From: Adineta vaga
Taxonomy: Eukaryota > Animalia > Rotifera
Assembly: GCA_021613535.1 (NCBI GenBank)
Contig: CP075495.1
Span: 186,001-250,000, forward strand
Direction of reading: 5' to 3'
DNA length: 64,000 bases
The translations under genes were made by a program, and so were the position numbers. The stretch's first letter is position 1. The number at the start of each line of letters is the position of its first letter. Below are positions 39,217-52,617 of the stretch, piece by piece. The notes under the pieces are model-generated. The model had not been told where the DNA came from. It did no database searches and was given only the letters and a program-made list of their open reading frames with translations.

Positions 39217-42200
39217 TTAGAGAAACTTGTAAAAATGGTAGTTATTCCGAACTTTATGAGCTTCTAGCGCTGGCTAATGTTTTATATTGTGACGTGCAAA
39301 GCGTATATCCATTCATCGATTACCGAGCAGAAATGAAAATTATGAATGCAATGTACAAGCCATTGGACACAACTACACCAGTTAACGGAAGATTAATTAT
39401 ATTTTGGAGCAGCACTGAGGATGAATTTTCTACGAGAAATCGTCCTGGTAATGGTGGAGTATGGAGTCCAAATCATTTTGTACCGCTTGTACAACCATAT
39501 CGCAGAGATCGAACAGTAAGTAATGAGCAAAGACATCTGATAATACAGATAGTGTATAATAGGGCATTAGCCAAAAAGATATGTCTGAAACTTTTGTATA
39601 TTTAGACACCACGAAAGCAGACGATTAAAAATAACCAAATTTCATCTATACGAAGTCCTGAGTTTTCACCGCCACCTAATATTAGGAAGCACACGGTAAC
39701 GTCATCATTGGTTGAGAAGTCGTCATCGAATTTAGAGACTTACAACAGTCAATGGAAACGCCAAGAGAAAATAGTCGAAAGCGAAGAGCAGCGAAGACAA
39801 CGTCTAGCTGATGATCGACTGCGCAAACGGACTGCAAGGGAAAAGGAAACTGAAGATCAGCAGCGAATACGTCTTACTGTCCAACGAGAACGATCTGCAA
39901 CGAATAGGTTAAGTCGAAGTAAACAAAGAACTAGGCTTCTAACGGACAAACAACAACAAAACTCTAATGCGAAAGATACAGTGGATCGACAGCGATCCAA
40001 AAGTAATTTAGTCGAAGCTGTGAACATACAGCGAGAACAACGAATATTAGAAAAGGAGCAGCAAGCTCTACTCAACGAATTTGTTTGGCCAATGACAATT
40101 CCAACGAAATTAAAAGATTATTGTTTGCATGATTTCTCTAATCATATGTCCATGTCAGCCCTACGACAATCTGTATGTATTCTATGTAATATTCGCGCCT
40201 CTACTAACAACATGAAAGAATGTGCTCTACAAGATATTTTAAATGTGAAACAACTAACGACTCACATAGGTCTCATGAATATTATTCCTAAAAAACAAGA
40301 AGAGAGACAAGGTAAATATCTTAATTAAGTAATTATTACATGATTGCATATCATTCGTATTTACAGATGTTGACGAAAATTTTGATACTTTCTCAATATC
40401 GAATATAGTTCTTTACAAGAGAGGATATAATACGATGACAAAAACTGGTACTGTATGTCAACAGTGCTACAGTGCTTTGAGTAAAGATAAGATTCCAATG
40501 TTCTCTGTAGCAAACAAAATGTGGAATTGGTGATATACCGCTTGAGCTTCAGGGACTAACAATTGCTGAAGAAAAATTGTAAGTAATTAACTATTATTGA
40601 AAAGAATACAAAGTTATGAATACACGACTATCTTTTCGAAGAATTTCCCTTTATCGACATAATAGTTGTATTATCAAACTACATTCTCCTTTTCATCACC
40701 ATTCTACTGCTCAAGCTGCACTCAAAGGTAATGTAATTACATTTATGCATAATATGCCAAACATTGTTACAAGTTTGCCCTTGGATGTGGAAGATCTTTC
40801 TGATACATTAAAAATTGTTTTTATCGGCGCACACACACACCGCATCGAGTCCAATTACGTAAGATTTGTGGTGTGAGTCGACAAAAAATTCGTCGTGCTC
40901 TCGTATGGTTGAAAAATCATAATCATATGTATCGAGGAATTCCTGGTAAGTTTCTGAGAGAAAAAAACGCTTTCTAAAATATGTATTATATCATCTTAGT
41001 AAATGAGGGAAATATTGCAAAATTACCTGAAGATGATGTTCCAGAGAGCATATGGACTACCTTGGAAAGGTTAGAAAATGCTATTGATGGAAATGCAGAA
41101 CGAAGTGGATATACTGACGATCCAATGGTAAATGCCACTGACCAAGATGAAATGAATTCAGAAAACATATGCCCAATGAATCCTAGGTAATAAGTTTCAA
41201 TTATAAAATGAAAAATTTCTAATATTTTAAAATTTAATAGTGCTGTGTTGGATGTTAATGGAACTATGATCTCGTCAGAAGATATTGGCGTACATTTACT
41301 TCGTAAAGTTCATAAGAATATAACTAGTGTATCGGCTGACTCATCAGATAAACCAACTGACGACGAAGATGATGTGTTTATGATTCCGAGATCTCATATG
41401 CCGATTAACGATTGTTTCAATCCAGAATTATTGCTTGGTCTATATCCAACTCTTTTCCCCTATGGATGTGGTGTACCTCAGGATCTATCAAGGCCAATTC
41501 CAGTGTCACTTGAGCAACACATACGATATTTACTAGCATATGATGATCAACGTTTTGAGAAGCACCATTCATTCATGTTCGTTCTTTTTAATATATTACA
41601 GCGACGACAAGCATTTCGGAATGCAACTCTTATGGCTTCTCGACCTTATTTTCAAACCGCTGCAAATGATCTCCAAACTTTGACAAGTAAAGAAATTGAG
41701 TCAGCGCTCATAACTATCGGCAAAAAGACGTTCTCTTCCGTGGATAATCCAAGAATCAATACACTCATGAATCAAATCAAGGCTGTAGGTGGAAGTGTCA
41801 TGGGCTCGGCCTATTCTCGATCATCTCTTCGCAATAAGATCCATGCTCTGATATTTAATCAAGGTTTGCCTAGTATATTTATGACAATAAATCCTGCCGA
41901 TATTCATAGCCGTGTTGCTCTGTATTTTGCTGGCGTCGACCTTGATCTCGATAAAATTATACCAGAAACAATTCCACCAAGATACGAACGTGCTCAAATT
42001 ATAGCTTCACATCCCGTGGCTACAGGTCGTTTTTTTAATGTACTCATCTCTTCTATTCTTAAATGTATGATTGAAAAGGGCGTACTAGGTCCTATTAAAG
42101 CCTACTTTGGTACAGTTGAAAATCAAGGACGGGGCTCATTGCATTTACATATTCTCATGTGGCTTGATCATGATTTGACACCCTCTCAGTTAAAAGAATC

Positions 42201-45200
42201 AGTTCAAAATGAAGAGTTTCGACGTGGTCTTCTTAACTATTTAGAAGATATCATCAAGCAAGACCTTAGTAACTTCAGTCTTAATACATCTGAAGATGAC
42301 GGTAAAAGATCATCTCTAAATAAATACATATAGAATTCATTTTATCAAATTAACTTTTTAGATCTTGAACAGCAGCAAAGATCATCTTCAAATTCTAATC
42401 AAAATGAAAATAATTCTTCGAAGCTCATGCCATCGATCATGCTGACACCAAATCCATCAATGCCGAATTTTGAATTCGACTTTAAAAATGATGTCGTGAA
42501 GCTAGTATGCACTAATAATATGCATAAACACACTGCATCATGTTGTAAATATTCAAAAAAGAGCGATAATCCTATATGCCGTATGCGAATGCCTCGTAAA
42601 ACTGAAAACGAATCCTCTATTAATGTTGAAACTGGTGAAATTAAATTGAAGCGACTTCATGAAACAATTAATAACTTCAACGAATATATCATTAGTGCGT
42701 GCCGTTCGAATATGGATATTAAATATATTTTCAGTGGCAGTGATGCTAAGGCCTTGGTATATTATGTTACAGATTATGTCACAGAATCGACTCTCTCCTT
42801 TCACGATACATTCTCATTGATGTTGAAAGCTGTTCAATCTTTTGAAAAGCAAAAACTTAATGCGAACGTCGCTATGAATGCCGAGGAAAAATCTCGTCGA
42901 CTTGTCTTGCGTTGCTATAATACGCTTGCATCACAGCAAGAACTATCTGGAGTACAAGTGGCCTCTTATCTTATGGGTTGGCCTGATCATTATACAACTC
43001 ACGATTTTGTCAATCTATTTCTAATTGGTATTGAGAATTATTTACAATCAATGTTAATAGACGCCAAACTTAAACAACAGTTTCAAATAACAAGTACTAT
43101 TTAGATTTCTATAAGCCGTTGTTTGTTATAAGTTAAAAACTTACTTGTCAGATGTTTTTTCATTTTATTAGATATATGTATAAGTCGATAGTACTTATGG
43201 GGAACTATAAAATCTCATAGAACTCACTAAGCATTAAGAAATCGATATATTCTTGCTCTCTGCAGCAGGTCAGATTGTGAATACGATACTATGACATAGT
43301 TCACCTATACAATAAATAATGAATATAATCTTAGAACCTTTTTTTATTTTGATAGATATTACAGATATCAACGATGAAGAAAACTGCTTTGAAACAGAAG
43401 AACAATTTTCACTTCAACCAACGGAGACTAATAACAAATATGTATATGTTAACACTCGAGTAGATTATCAATATCGTTCAAGAGCGCTTGATAATATGTG
43501 TCTATATGATTATGTTCGTTTATATCGGAAAAAACCTATTGATGCAAGAGATCGAAAGCATTTGGAAACTCAATCAGAATCGACAAATGATCATTCAAAA
43601 ACTTTACACCGTGGCCGACCATTTTCTGAAAGAGAGATGTTTCAAGCTCAACATCCGCAAGCAACATCACATATAAATATAAAGCGTATGATACCAGTCG
43701 TTCCAGTCTTACTTGGTCCTCCAATACCTCGTAAAGACCGAGAAGATACAAAAGAACGTTATTGCCGAGCCATATTGCCTCTTTTTCTTCCCTGGCGCAC
43801 ATTTGAAGACGTATCTAATGTTAACCAGACATGGGAAGAAGCATTTCATATGCATCAAACTAAAATCCTTCCAACATCATGGAAAATCATCAATAATATA
43901 CAGTTGCTTCAAGAATGTAAAAGTGATCGTGATGAGCATTTGCAGCAGGTAATTGAAGCTGCACAAACTGATACTGGTGGTGGCGAGTACTATTCTCATC
44001 ATGTTAACAGTGATAGTGAGGATGAAAATACTGAAGTACTTGATGTATTAGAAGCGTTGGATATCGCTGACATGCCTACTTTCAATCACAATGCGAATAA
44101 AGTAGAACAAATATATTTTGAAAAGATAGTGAAAGCAGTGGATCAAGCTAACAGATTTGCAAATATTCGAAGTAAGAGTATTCATTTTTGAAGATAACCA
44201 TTAATAACTGTCATTTATAGATTCGCATACAGGAGCGACAAATCGCCTTACATATACGTCCAAATTGCAGGGGAATATTGTTTCTGATCATGAACATTTA
44301 AGTGCCAGCAACTCATGAACTACTTCAATTAAATAATAGATGGCAACGAAAAATTAAAGACGATAAAGATCGAATAAGAAATGCTTGTATAGGTGAACAA
44401 CCACAAAATAACATTGTGGAGAATAATGATAATGTCGAAAATGAACTGGCTAAAGTTATCGAAGATAATTTACCATAAAATCTAGATAATAATAAGACCA
44501 TCTCGAGTTCAGGACACATTATGTCAGTCACAAAAATTATTGTACCAAACGAAATAACACGAGAGAACATGGCAAGACAATTCACGCTGAACAAGAATCA
44601 AAAAGCTGCATTTATGATTATTACTGGTCATCTGGATGGCTTAGATAGTTTAAACGGAGGTACGATGATGTAATAAATCGGAAAAAATTATAACCATACT
44701 AATTTTTTTCTAGTTGACAAACAAGATCAGTTAATTATGTGTGTACCCGGCTGTGGTGGTACAGGAAAGTCTCAATTGATCCGTGCTGTTACTGCCTATT
44801 TTACAGAAACAAATCGTGCGCATAAATTGAGAAAACTTGCGCCAACATCAGTTGCCGCAGCAGAGATTGAAGGCATGACAATTCATTCCTTTCTCGGTGA
44901 AGGACGCAATCGGAAAAGGAAATAAAAAACTATGAATCGTCCAGGTCAGATGACACTTGAAAATACATGGCGTTTTGTAGAATATATCATTCTTGATGAA
45001 ATGTCAATGGTTGGTCTTAGCTTATTGGCTCGTTTGAATAAACTTGTTGCGACAGCTAAGCATTGTGATCCCATGTCTACGATGGGCGGTATAAACATAA
45101 TTTTTTTCGGAGATTATATTCAATACTCACCTGTATTTGACAAACCACTTTATTATAATTTTTCCACTACGTCAGACAACGATGGAAAAAGGAACACGAA

Positions 45201-46474
45201 CTTGCCGACTGAAAACGATATTCAACAAAAAAGTGCTCGAGCACTTGTCTTACAAATAAACTGTGTTGTTATGCTTGAGCAACAGATGAGAACAAAAGAT
45301 ATAGCTTATCGAGCTCTGTTGGATAGAGTTCGTAATGGTGAAGGAACAAATGCAGATTGGCAACTACTTCGAACACGTGTAATTGCCATAGGACTTAATA
45401 TATCTCTTAATGATCCACCATGGAACGAGGTATGTTACGAATACAATTAGTCCATTCATACAAATTACAGCATACAGATATAATTATAAAACAAATGAGT
45501 AACTTTGAAAGTAGAGTTTTTTCTTTCATTCGTATGAACTTACTGTAGTGCTCTTTGCAAAGAATATCATATTATTCAATGCAGTTAATTTCCTTTCTTC
45601 TCTTGTACTATTTTAGGCTCCAATTCTTGTTTACCGTAATGAACTTAGAACAGAACTGAACAATCGAGCTGTAATCAATAAAGCATATGAAATGGGTCGA
45701 GTTCCAACTGTTGTGATAGCTACAGATACAATAAAAGCTAAGAGACATATCGACCTTCCTGATTTGGCGAGACGTCTTTTAAGTTTACCGGATAATAAAA
45801 CAGAACATTTACCTGGTTACTTACCTCTTGTGTCAGGTATGCCTGTGCTATTGCAAGAAAATATAGCTTGTGAACTTGGTCTGTCAAATGGGACACAAGG
45901 TATTTTTCGTAGATTAGTTTATGATCATACAGCAGAACCTACTACAGGATCTAAAGAAGATGTTTTCACAAATGATACTGTCTTTATTCGTAATGCTCAA
46001 TACACAATAGTAGAAATATCAAAATCAAAAATCAAAAAGTTTGATTCACTTGACGCACTTCTTGTCCCTATTCCAGTGGTCGAAAAGACGTTTGATGTCA
46101 GTTTGGAGAAGCTGTACGCGAACAAAGCAGCAGTTATGAAAATATTCAAACATAAAAAAGTTAAAGCTACCATATCTGTGAAGAGAAAAGCTTTGCCATT
46201 GATACCAGCCTATTCTATCACTACTCATAAGAGTCAAGGTCAAACACTACCGAAGATAATGATTGATTTAAATATGCTACCTGGAATGGTAGAGGTCGCA
46301 TCTGCTTATGTACCACTTTCCAGAGTACAACAGCTTTCGGATCTCGTAATTTTACAAGACTTCAGCATCACTGCTTTACAAGTAAAGCCATCTAAAGGAC
46401 AAATATCTGAGCTTAACAGATTAGCTGTACTTTTTGAACAAACAAAAAAATGTTATGCTCAATATTTTGTATGA
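39217..46474 (+). pseudogene. Helitron RepHel polyprotein, right copy
   Basis: Same motifs as the left copy. Extra lesions include a premature TAA at ~44476 and YVTK changed to YVTE. Confidence 0.92.
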
Positions 46475-46911
46475 CTTGACGTGAAATATGTTTGAAGTCA
46501 TTGTATATTCAATACTACAAAAGAAACTCTTTCGGCATTTCCAATGACGCAATTAATTGAACACCATTTATTTTATCAAAATGAATAAAAGTTTTGACAA
46601 GATCAACGACGAATAGTTATCTAATAATCAAACAAATCCATACGATTTTTCAAGGACAACTACTAAACTATTAAAAATTTTTCAATCATTTTGATTTAGA
46701 GTGGTTGTTTTATGTTAACTGATTTTTTTGTAATCTTGTAATTAGTTCATATATAATTTATCTTCACTTGAAAAAAAAACAATCGATAATATGACCTTTT
46801 TAATAATAATTTGTTCATTTGTTTCAGATATTTGTAAAAAGCATTTGACTCTCATTCTTCAATATTTTTAATTGAGAAGTGTCGTCTTTAACTTCCGGAA
46901 ATCTATCAAGC

Positions 46912-48758
46912 ATGATATACAACATTGTACTATTATTTCTTCTCTTGATTTTATTCTCACACAATATTCTTGGCAAACTTAATGATATCTTTGGACAAAA
47001 TACCACAATTGGTCATCCTGAATCAGGTCTATTCTTTACTTATGTGGGTGTGAGGGGAGTGAGTTTATTGCATGATGAGAATGAGATGGAACACACACAC
47101 ACACACAAGTAGAAGATACTGCTTTTTATATACTATCTGTGATCACATGTACATGACTCAAAGCATCCGATCCATATACACATAACTCATGAGTTATCGT
47201 GGCTGAAGGCCATGACAGTGGGTTCATACACACCATCTGACAAAATTATTCATAACTCAGCCATTTTTCCAATGACTGTTGCTACTTGTTACTTTTTACC
47301 ATTATCAAGTGCTTCAAAGATTCCGTCATGTAATATTACAATGAAAAGAAATAAACGTCTTCTTACTGATATCATTAGTATAGGTGTAGGACTTACCAGT
47401 CTTGCCATATCTACGGCGAATTCTATGCAAATAATAAATCTTCAGCAACAAGTGACACTAGTCGAGAAATCTCTCTCAGAATTCTCTAATACTATGCGTG
47501 CACATGGAGCACTACTAGTAAAATTTCAAGAAATCCAGATTGAATTGGCAAAGGAACTTCAAACGACACAACAAGCTATCAATGCTATAATTCCGATTTT
47601 ACAAATGCATTCAAGAAGTCTTGAAAGTCTCAGAGATAGTGTTGAAAAGCTACACATCCAGATTCGACGTTCCTTTCTTTACTTAGCGTTAGAGAAAATC
47701 TTCCATAATAAACTTACTTTAGAATTTCTCTCGCCAGATGATCTACATAGTGTAATCTATGATGTTATATCAGGAGGAAATCTAACATTCAATGCCGAGT
47801 ATGGACAGATTCCAATTGCTCAAATTACTACTAACCTTCTCGTTCGTCAACAAGTCGATTTTGTTCCCAGCTCTCGATACACCACTATGAATCCAGAAGA
47901 AATTGGCCGTCTTGTTATTACAAGTTATTTTGCCGTTCCACAACAACAACATTCACCATTTTATACCTACAAATTAATGGCAATTCCGTTCTTCTATGAA
48001 AATAAAACTATTCAAATTGGTCACATTCCTCAGTATTGGGCAATTAATCCCATAGACAATATCACTATGGAATGGCATGATCCTCAAACATCTGGATGTG
48101 ATCTTCAATTGATGACAACTTGCCGTGATACTCCACCAATACAACCGATAACAGACAAAACTTGTCTTGGTCAAATCATTGGAACTCTATCATTGTCAAG
48201 TTGTCAAATAACATCAGCTCCATCCGAACCATTCTTTATTCGACAACTGCGAGGTAATCTTTGGGTGACTTCGTCACCTGAACCACTTCATTGTTTGAAA
48301 ATTCCTAAATTTGAGTACTCTATTCTTAAACCGCAAACACGGAACATAAATGAACAAGTTATACTGCCGCCTATATCGGTTGTAAATGTGACTCCAGGGT
48401 ATACAATTACATGTCCTGGTTTTACTTTAGTAGGTCAACCAATACCCTCGAGCGGTCCATCATTTGCAGTTATTTATAACAATAGTCTCCTGACAAATAA
48501 TATCCCTATTGTTGATGTTTATAACATCTGAAAAGAATACATCGTGGTTTAATGTAAAATCGCGTGAACCAAAGAATCGATGACATTATTAAACGTTTGA
48601 TCGAACCAGTCACTCTTCCTGATATCCAAACATTTCATCCTAAAGATGTGTGGTCTCTTAGTGCATTAGTTATCAGCTGGATATGTTTAGGATTAATCTC
48701 TATTGCACTATACTATGTTTATCGACGTAGGTTGAAGAATAATATACAAAGTATCTGA
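46912..48758 (+). pseudogene. Env/F-like fusion glycoprotein no. 1 (right copy), solo-LTR insertion and 3' frameshift
   Basis: Removing the LTR plus one TSD copy restores ..GLFFTYVGSYTPSDK... There is a frameshift at ~48520 relative to the left copy. Confidence 0.85.
47049..47217 (-). mobile_element. Solo LTR, 169 bp, 5-bp TSD GTGGG
   Basis: TG...CA termini; GTGGG at 47044-47048 and 47218-47222. TATA and AATAAA are on the strand antisense to env. Confidence 0.85.
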
Positions 48759-49603
48759 TTGACTTAATTCGGTCACTAATAGCGAATCTTTGTAAGATAT
48801 AATATTCGAAAATTTAATATAAAAATCTAAAAAAAACTATTTAGACTAATGTATACAACCAAAATCATGTTTCTCATCTCCAACTTCATATAACAATATA
48901 AAATTGAGTGAAATAGGAAGAAAAATATAGAATCAATAGAACAAACCAATATTTTTTCCTTATTGTTAGCATACTTTTTTATGTCAAAATAATTCAATTT
49001 TCATAAGTTTTTGAGCTAACAAATATTTACCTTTAATTGTACAAATTTATTTATTGCAATCTCATAACCATTTATGGACTCTTAAATATAGTTTAAGATA
49101 ACTAATCTATTGATCGTTCAATTTTTTCAACTATATTTACTCGTTTCTGATGCTGAAGTGTTTTCTTTGTTAAACTTGTAAATTAATCTTCATGAAATCC
49201 ATATATTTGAGCTTATCGTTTTTTTTCATGTTTTTTGTATTATAGAATCTCACTCTTATACTGGGATACTCATGTGTCAGTGTTCATTACGATCAGAAAA
49301 CGTATTATAAGCTTGGAATAACCATAATTAATTCCTTGCCGATCAAACGCTTATAACAAGTGTGTTTTTTATTTTTATTTTTGTTTCGCAAATTGTACTG
49401 TTTTTAATCGTTCTGTTATTACAAAAATAAACTGACACTGATTATTGCTTTATCTTTGAATCTTTTGGAAAAACCAAGTGTCATATAAAATTATTAAAAT
49501 TTTTTTATTCATATTGTCACGTTATTCTTTCAGAAAAGGGCCCGCGAATCCAGAGGATGAGCCTTACTTGTGTGTAACGTAGCCAGAATCTAAGAGTACT
49601 TAC

Positions 49604-51819
49604 GATTTGTATATATTTGTTTTTGGGTAACATAGTAGTTCATTAACAATACAGCTGCTTTTGCTGTATCTTGAGATTCTACTATCCATTTGTGAGTTTG
49701 TTTAAAATCTTTTACAGCTCGTTTAAGCATATCAAATACTGGTGGCGTAGTATCAACGTAACTAGGTAATGGACTATGTTCAATCAATTGGTCAAAAACA
49801 GCTGAAGCTAAAGAGGTGGCATGTAACGCTCCAGCTAATCTGCTCACTTGTACTTTTGCCTTTCTCAAGATAGATCATAGACCTTGATCGATACCATATG
49901 CTGCACGTATCTGATGTGTGTATTCGTCGAAGTAGTGTTGATTACCTGTACAGTAACAGAATGAGAAGCAGCTAATCATTGAAAAAATATTATTATATAT
50001 ATATTATTAAGTATTAGGTGGTTATTTGTTATCTTTTCGAATGTTAACTACACATATTCCCCTACAATACTATTATTGTTTTAATTCTTTTAGAACGATC
50101 GTTATTTAGCTGTTCCAGTTAAAAGAAAAAATTATCAAATTAAAATACTGCACCTGTTGCGCATCATTCGAGTACGAATATATTATACGTTTGTCATCAC
50201 GATCTGTTGTTTGCCGTATATCATTATGCTCCGCTGAATTAAAACAATATATAATATATAGTAAGTGAGCAAGACTTGGTTCATCAATATTAAGATTTGT
50301 AATTTCATCCGACAAAGGGATGCAGGGTTCGGTAGCAGCAAAAAGAAATAGCGCCATAAGTCCATCATCATCTGTCTCATTGGAGACGGATGAAAATATG
50401 TCAGCAGGATGTGCAGCTGCAGCAATATTAACCCTTTCGAGGCGATGAGACCCACCGGTGTGTCTCATTATATTTCAAGAAGAAATGTCATAGAAAAACG
50501 CTTTCTTTTCCTTTTTTTTCTTATAGGAAAGGCTACAGATAATGTATTATCTATTCTACGTTCGTTATTTTCCGAATCATCTATTGCATACTATAATGCT
50601 TTTCGTTGAAACAATCAAGACAAAAAACATTTTCACAATCAGAGCAGAAAGTTTTTATTTTCTTTGCTGTTGCTAAACTCGCTTCTCGCGATTGCTGAGG
50701 GTATAGAGAGTGACGCACACAGGATGTTATAGAAGATGATATCCATATAAAAAAATTCAGGTAGAGAATATCTAAAATATGTAGGGCAGGATATCATGAA
50801 ATGATATCTTTAAAAACATATTCTGAAGATAAAGAATTTTATCCATGTACAGAGAAACAAGTGGCATATGAAGTAAACTGCATTTGTTAGAAAAATACGT
50901 CTCACCAGAAAACATCTAAATCAACTCAAAATTCAATTCTTTCAATACACAAGAGAAAAGAATCGAAAGTAATGATACGAAAAGAACATAAAACGAAAAA
51001 CAAATTAATTGCACTTCTTTGTCTCGCTTCTATCGCATAAAATACGTGTGAAAATAGTGAACTTCAATAACTATCAATTAAATGGAAGCGAGGATTCTTC
51101 ATACATTCATGGGAACAAGACAAAGAGAAACAAACGGTCATATACCCTCAAAAACGCTAACAGGTGTATTTATAGAGAATAAATATACATGAAAACAATA
51201 AATTTTAGCTCTTTTTTAAAAAATTCAATCGCCTCGAAAGGGTTAAGGACCGGATTTTCAACTACAATATTTCCTGATTTTTGTTTGACGTTTAACGACT
51301 GATGATGAGTTATATAAAGTGCACATGATTGATCGGTCATAAGCAGCACCGCCTTATTTGTATAAACTGAACGATTGCAACAGAGTAACTGCTTTATCCC
51401 ATATTTGTATCAATTTAGGTGATGTATTTTTTAATTCAGTCAAAAGTGATTCAACCGTTGCACAACAATTGCCTCGACTTTTCTCTAGTTTTACACCTAT
51501 ATGCTTTTCGATGAGGAGACATCCTTTCAGAACAGCATCTGTTGCACTTGATTTATTTACACTGATATCCAATAATTGTTGTAAAAATGAAATATTTGTT
51601 GGTGTACCGGTGTTGCTACGCATTTGACTGACATTGAAAATGATGGCAGGTAACAACATTGTAATCAAATATTCATGAAGCATCTGACTGCTGCAACAAA
51701 TGTTACTGATAACGCTGCATATATTTTCATCGAAAATTTTAGTAACATCCATTTGATATGAGGCAGCCTTTTTGCATTATGCTACGCACTTTATGTGTAG
51801 ATATTCCTTTTGAAGACAT
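49604..51819 (-). pseudogene. DUF3987-like NTPase gene (right copy)
   Basis: Mirror of 23820-26048 with extra small indels. Confidence 0.55.
50432..51242 (-). mobile_element. Non-autonomous piggyBac (right copy)
   Basis: TTAA-CCCTTTCGAGGCGAT ... ATCGCCTCGAAAGGG-TTAA. Confidence 0.93.
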
Positions 51820-52617
51820 TGATAATGTAAAGAGAAGCGAGAGTAAAATTACCAAAAGTAGAACAACAATAATATGAAATATGAAATCGAATGAGTTCGA
51901 GTACTTTAGTGTGCTCAGCCGTGACCAGTGCATTATACACATCTGAGTGAGTAAGCATACTTATACTTTGACAAAAACATGTTTTGATCTGTTTCATCTC
52001 AAAATTTCGATTATAGCTGAACATTTCGCATTCGTAACTTGCAAACATCAATGTAAAAGTACAACAACTCATCACGACTGACTTGGCGATTAATCCTTTT
52101 TCGGTTCATTGTTCTCAATTTATTCTCATTATCAATACATCGTTTCGTCCTCATCCACAACACCTGGATTTTGTATTTCGATTCAAATATATTGTACGTA
52201 TACTTAACAGTACAACTCATATCGTCAATTATTTGGTATTGCTTAAACAATTGTTTTCATTGACTGATCAATTGTCGATTTAAACTCAATATTTGAATTT
52301 ATATTATCAATTCAATTGATATTAATTCAATCATTCGTTTTACTCAAATCATCTTTTGCTGCTTTATTAGTGTATTGATATTTATTCTGTCAGAAATTGC
52401 GTTGGATAGAAATTAACATGTTCGTACTGACTTTGGTTCGATATTTATATATATTCGCATATTTACTCGTTTATTGTAATTTAAGCTTTTATCATAATAC
52501 GTAGAATTTGTTAACTTTTTTGGAAATATATTTGAAATCTTTATTGATAATCTATATATAAGACATTGTTTTACATTTAACGTTGCGAATTAAAATAAAA
52601 AATAGTTGCATCGAAAA

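Larger units (their letters stand above)
39217..49570 (+). mobile_element. Helitron with env-like gene, right copy, 5'-truncated
   Basis: Mirror of 26082-36419. Candidate 3' hairpin at 49536-49565 followed by ACTTG|T. Confidence 0.7.

Noticed and set aside
50600-51780. Many 1-2 bp deletions in the right arm as real mutations
   Set aside because: Most fall in homopolymers, which is typical of long-read consensus error. They were not used as biological evidence.
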